A DNA stretch of 64,000 bases. It comes from Phoronis australis. Lineage: Eukaryota; Animalia; Phoronida. Position 1 is the stretch's first letter. Each line of letters opens with the position of its first letter. Below the pieces are notes generated by a model. It was not told the DNA's origin and made no database searches. It saw only the letters and a list, made by a program, of their open reading frames with translations. Shown in pieces: positions 61,601 to 64,000 of this stretch. The translations under genes and the position numbers were made by a program. Where the stretch lies: positions 186,001-250,000 of the forward strand of contig NMRA01000101.1 of NCBI GenBank assembly GCA_002633005.1, read 5' to 3'.

Positions 61601-63314
61601 GGGGGCCACATGCACATGTGTTAATAACATGAACAAAGGGCACCGGAATTGGAACAAAATTGTTAGGTGGGCTGGATGCAGCCTTGGCAATAGCTTTTCA
61701 ATTTCTGAGGGAAAAAGGGAGTGATAGAAAGAAGGGGGGAGTGAGGGAGGTGCGGAGGGAGGTACCATTATCTACCTTAATGAGGCTCCATATAGTTAAA
61801 ATGGTCACTGCAAGTTCTGTTTTCTTTTGGAGTTGAAAATTAATATATATTCAGCGTAAACTGGAGACATTCATTTGACTCCTAAAATTATTAATTTTGT
61901 TTGTTCTTTCCTAGTACCTAAAATCACTGCAACCTTTAGTTTGGCTATGAAAACTTGATACCTTGCGTTGCTTATCCAGGTATGAGTAAGTAATGACTAA
62001 ATAGAGTTCTCTGTATTAACACCATCTGTAGTTAATAATCTGTTTTGGCTATTTCAGGCCAGAATTGTTATCACTGGACTTGAGTCGGAATAACCTGTCT
62101 GATTTAATGGAAGTAGTTAGAAAACTTGCCACGTTGCCAAAACTCAGGAATCTGGTCTTGCAAGGAAATCCACTATCTGTAAGTGCACTTTCTTATTATG
62201 TACGTATCTGTGGGCTATTTATGAATGAAAAGCTGACAAATGTTTTATCATCAAAATGCACGTGTTGTAAAAGCCGGCCTCAAAGCAAGGCACATTTTGT
62301 CTACCCAGAAGTTATTTTATGGTTTGTCTTAGAATAACGCTGGTATGAGTTAATTTTGCCCGAGTGCTTCATACATCTGTGTGTATGCAGATGCTTATAC
62401 AATGCTTCGTCTTCACAAAATTCTGTCTGGAATTTGTGTGTCAGGGGTCAAGATCAATATTATACCAAAATGATACTTTCATTGCTTATGCAACTCTAGG
62501 CCTCACCGAGAACGATTCATGTGCAACTATCTGCGTAACTGTTTGGTATTTGTGTTTAGCTTGTACCTGGGTACAGGGGTTTCACAGTGGACACTTTGAA
62601 AGAACTGAGTTACCTGGACGATGTGGGAATTACCGCTGATGAACGCCACCATTTTAAGGGTTTAGCAAAGAAAAAAGGTATCGTCTCTTTCACCATCCTA
62701 CTTGTGTGCTTTGGGTTTGTTCAATTATTTAAATAACATTGCTGGGATCTCATCTTGACAGAGGTTCAAAGACACGTGCAGTAAAGTCTGTGATATGTTG
62801 GAGGCAATTTCCATTCATAGGAGTTGACATTTCTGATTTCAAATTTTCAAACTGAATCCAGTGGAGTTTGTTGATTGTTTTTGCATTTAGATTTAAAACT
62901 GTGGTCAAGTTGATCCATTCTAGCTAGCAATTTTTGATGTGCCAGAATTATTGCCATGGCTTTATGATTGTTTTGATGCCGTGATATGTGTACTAGTTTT
63001 AGGTGTATGAAAGTCAGTGTAAACCATTTCATTCTGTTCATTTTTTTATCCTTATTTGTTTTAATTTGTGTGCTCTTACTAAATTATGTGTCATTAAACC
63101 TTTCTTTGAAAGATTAAGCTCTTTCCTATCAAATAATGGTAATAATAATACAAAATTCTTGCTCCATATGCCGCCATGCTCTGTAGTAATCAAACCTGTT
63201 GTAGAGGTGGTTAATAATGAGTGTATATTTATTTCAGAATACATCTTAGATGAGGCCAAGCTGGTGTTTAGAGTGGGATATATAAAAAATATAGTTATGC
63301 CCGAAGAGCTCAAG
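55511..63314 (+). CDS. LRRC43: Leucine-rich repeat-containing protein 43 (5' part, 8 exons; continues beyond window)
   Basis: Exons 55511-55603, 56770-56842, 59424-59617, 60652-60762, 61287-61417, 62058-62178, 62560-62677, 63238-63314 join in frame. LCLTEFPCGTGSW, KHSPW, FKTLRIVDK, LEELTLSTN, LVLQGNPL, YRGFTVD match LRRC43 as I recall it. Confidence 0.9.
55802..56006. repeat. Nested inverted-repeat (MITE-like) structure
   Basis: ATATAATGTACCCTGATTTAGAGAACCAG inverted at about 55871-55899; about 55822-55888 inverted again at about 55933-56004. Confidence 0.6.
56770..56842 (+). CDS. LRRC43: LRRC43 exon 2
   Basis: ttacag|RDKKITESGTAVQSVETHFAVTHK|gtttg; supplies the needed phase 0 to 1 link. 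Confidence 0.7.
56915..57306. mobile_element. hAT-like MITE
   Basis: CAAGGCTTGGAAT ... ATTCCAAGCCCTG TIR; CAGGTT directly flanks both ends. Confidence 0.72.
57435..59098 (-). mobile_element. Non-autonomous Kolobok DNA transposon with THAP-domain remnant
   Basis: TTAA|AGGAGCATGCCACCC ... GGGTGGCATTTTCCT|TTAA; minus-strand THAP-like MPLCCSA..GISFF..PRESEMLRKWL..LRVCG (58933-58730). Confidence 0.85.
59424..59617 (+). CDS. LRRC43: LRRC43 exon 3
   Basis: ttacag|DFGADNEK...KHSPW...FKTLRIVDKQ|gtaca. Confidence 0.9.
59709..59836. repeat. 43-bp degenerate tandem repeat x3
   Basis: ACCTTGTGGC...GTACC.CAACAGG units at 59709, 59752, 59795. Confidence 0.85.
60652..60762 (+). CDS. LRRC43: LRRC43 exon 4
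   Basis: tttcag|VTEVDDGLLNFKNLEELTLSTN...LPRSLK|gtttt. Confidence 0.9.
61287..61417 (+). CDS. LRRC43: LRRC43 exon 5
   Basis: ttacag|VLELCANQISDLFSLCVKPPSLTHLGLAYNK...ITGDYW|gtaag. Confidence 0.9.
62058..62178 (+). CDS. LRRC43: LRRC43 exon 6
   Basis: tttcag|PELLSLDLSRNNL...LRNLVLQGNPLS|gtaag. Confidence 0.92.
62560..62677 (+). CDS. LRRC43: LRRC43 exon 7
   Basis: tttag|LVPGYRGFTVDTLKELSYLDDVGITADERHHFKGLAKKK|gtatc. Confidence 0.9.
63238..63314 (+). CDS. LRRC43: LRRC43 exon 8
   Basis: tttcag|EYILDEAKLVFRVGYIKNIVMPEELK|gtaaa. Confidence 0.8.
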
Positions 63315-64000
63315 GTAAAGTATGTTTAATTAATGCTGTGGAAAGTTCAATGCATGACCTTGAAACAAATTGCTGTTCATCATTATTGTTTTTTTTTGTT
63401 TTTTTTAATGTTTATTACAAAAACTTCAGAATACAATGAATATATCATTATTGTGAGTGAGCACTTCATGTCATATCTCACTGCAAAATAGTGTGTTGAA
63501 CCACCTGTGGTTATAGGCATTGGAATCATTAATGCCTTTTGGAAAAATGATATTTTTTGATTTAAGGTTATCTAGGACTTTATCGACAAGTGTATGAATT
63601 TAGCTAAATACCCACAATGCCATACATTTTGGCTCTGTTAAAGTATGTATTTCTTGAGAGAAGATTGCTTGTAGAATATAATTCTTTACTTTATACCCAT
63701 CTGATATTAACTCAGACTTTTTAGTAAAACTTTGCCAAAAGGAAACTTAATAGTTACTTTCATAGCATAACAACGGTATCAATAACATGATTGAAGTTCA
63801 TTTGATGTGAATGTTCAAGATTAAATCTCAAGAACATGGTTACAGTTTTCTAAGTTATCATTTTGTTTTTGTTTCATTCAACTTTTGAGTTATCTATTAA
63901 TAAAAATAATAAAATTCCTATTTTTAATAGCCACCCATGCAAAAATGGAAGGTGTCAAAAACAATTTCTATCAGGAAGGGTTTTTAAGAACATTACATAA

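Overview
This is eukaryotic (invertebrate animal) genomic DNA: AT-rich, intron-rich, with two assembly gaps (7235-7728 and 13623-13765). Three spliced protein-coding genes can be rebuilt exon by exon from GT-AG sites. (1) A kainate-type ionotropic glutamate receptor on + (11875-31225; 14 exons visible, one expected ATD exon missing, probably in the second gap). (2) NAGPA, the mannose-6-phosphate uncovering enzyme, on - (54957-36149; 10 exons, 554 aa). (3) The 5' part of LRRC43 on + (55511 to beyond 63314), head-to-head with NAGPA across about 550 bp. Introns hold a 5'-truncated L1/Tx1-type LINE with a target-site duplication, decayed Tc1, Academ-like, Kolobok, Penelope and Helentron-like elements, several MITEs and many minisatellites. 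The most unusual signal is two intronic tandem arrays built from copies of a real splice junction: an acceptor in the receptor gene and a donor in NAGPA. Most short ORFs in the supplied track are spurious. No prokaryote-type system (CRISPR etc.) is present, and I found no strong evidence of a new multi-gene system.
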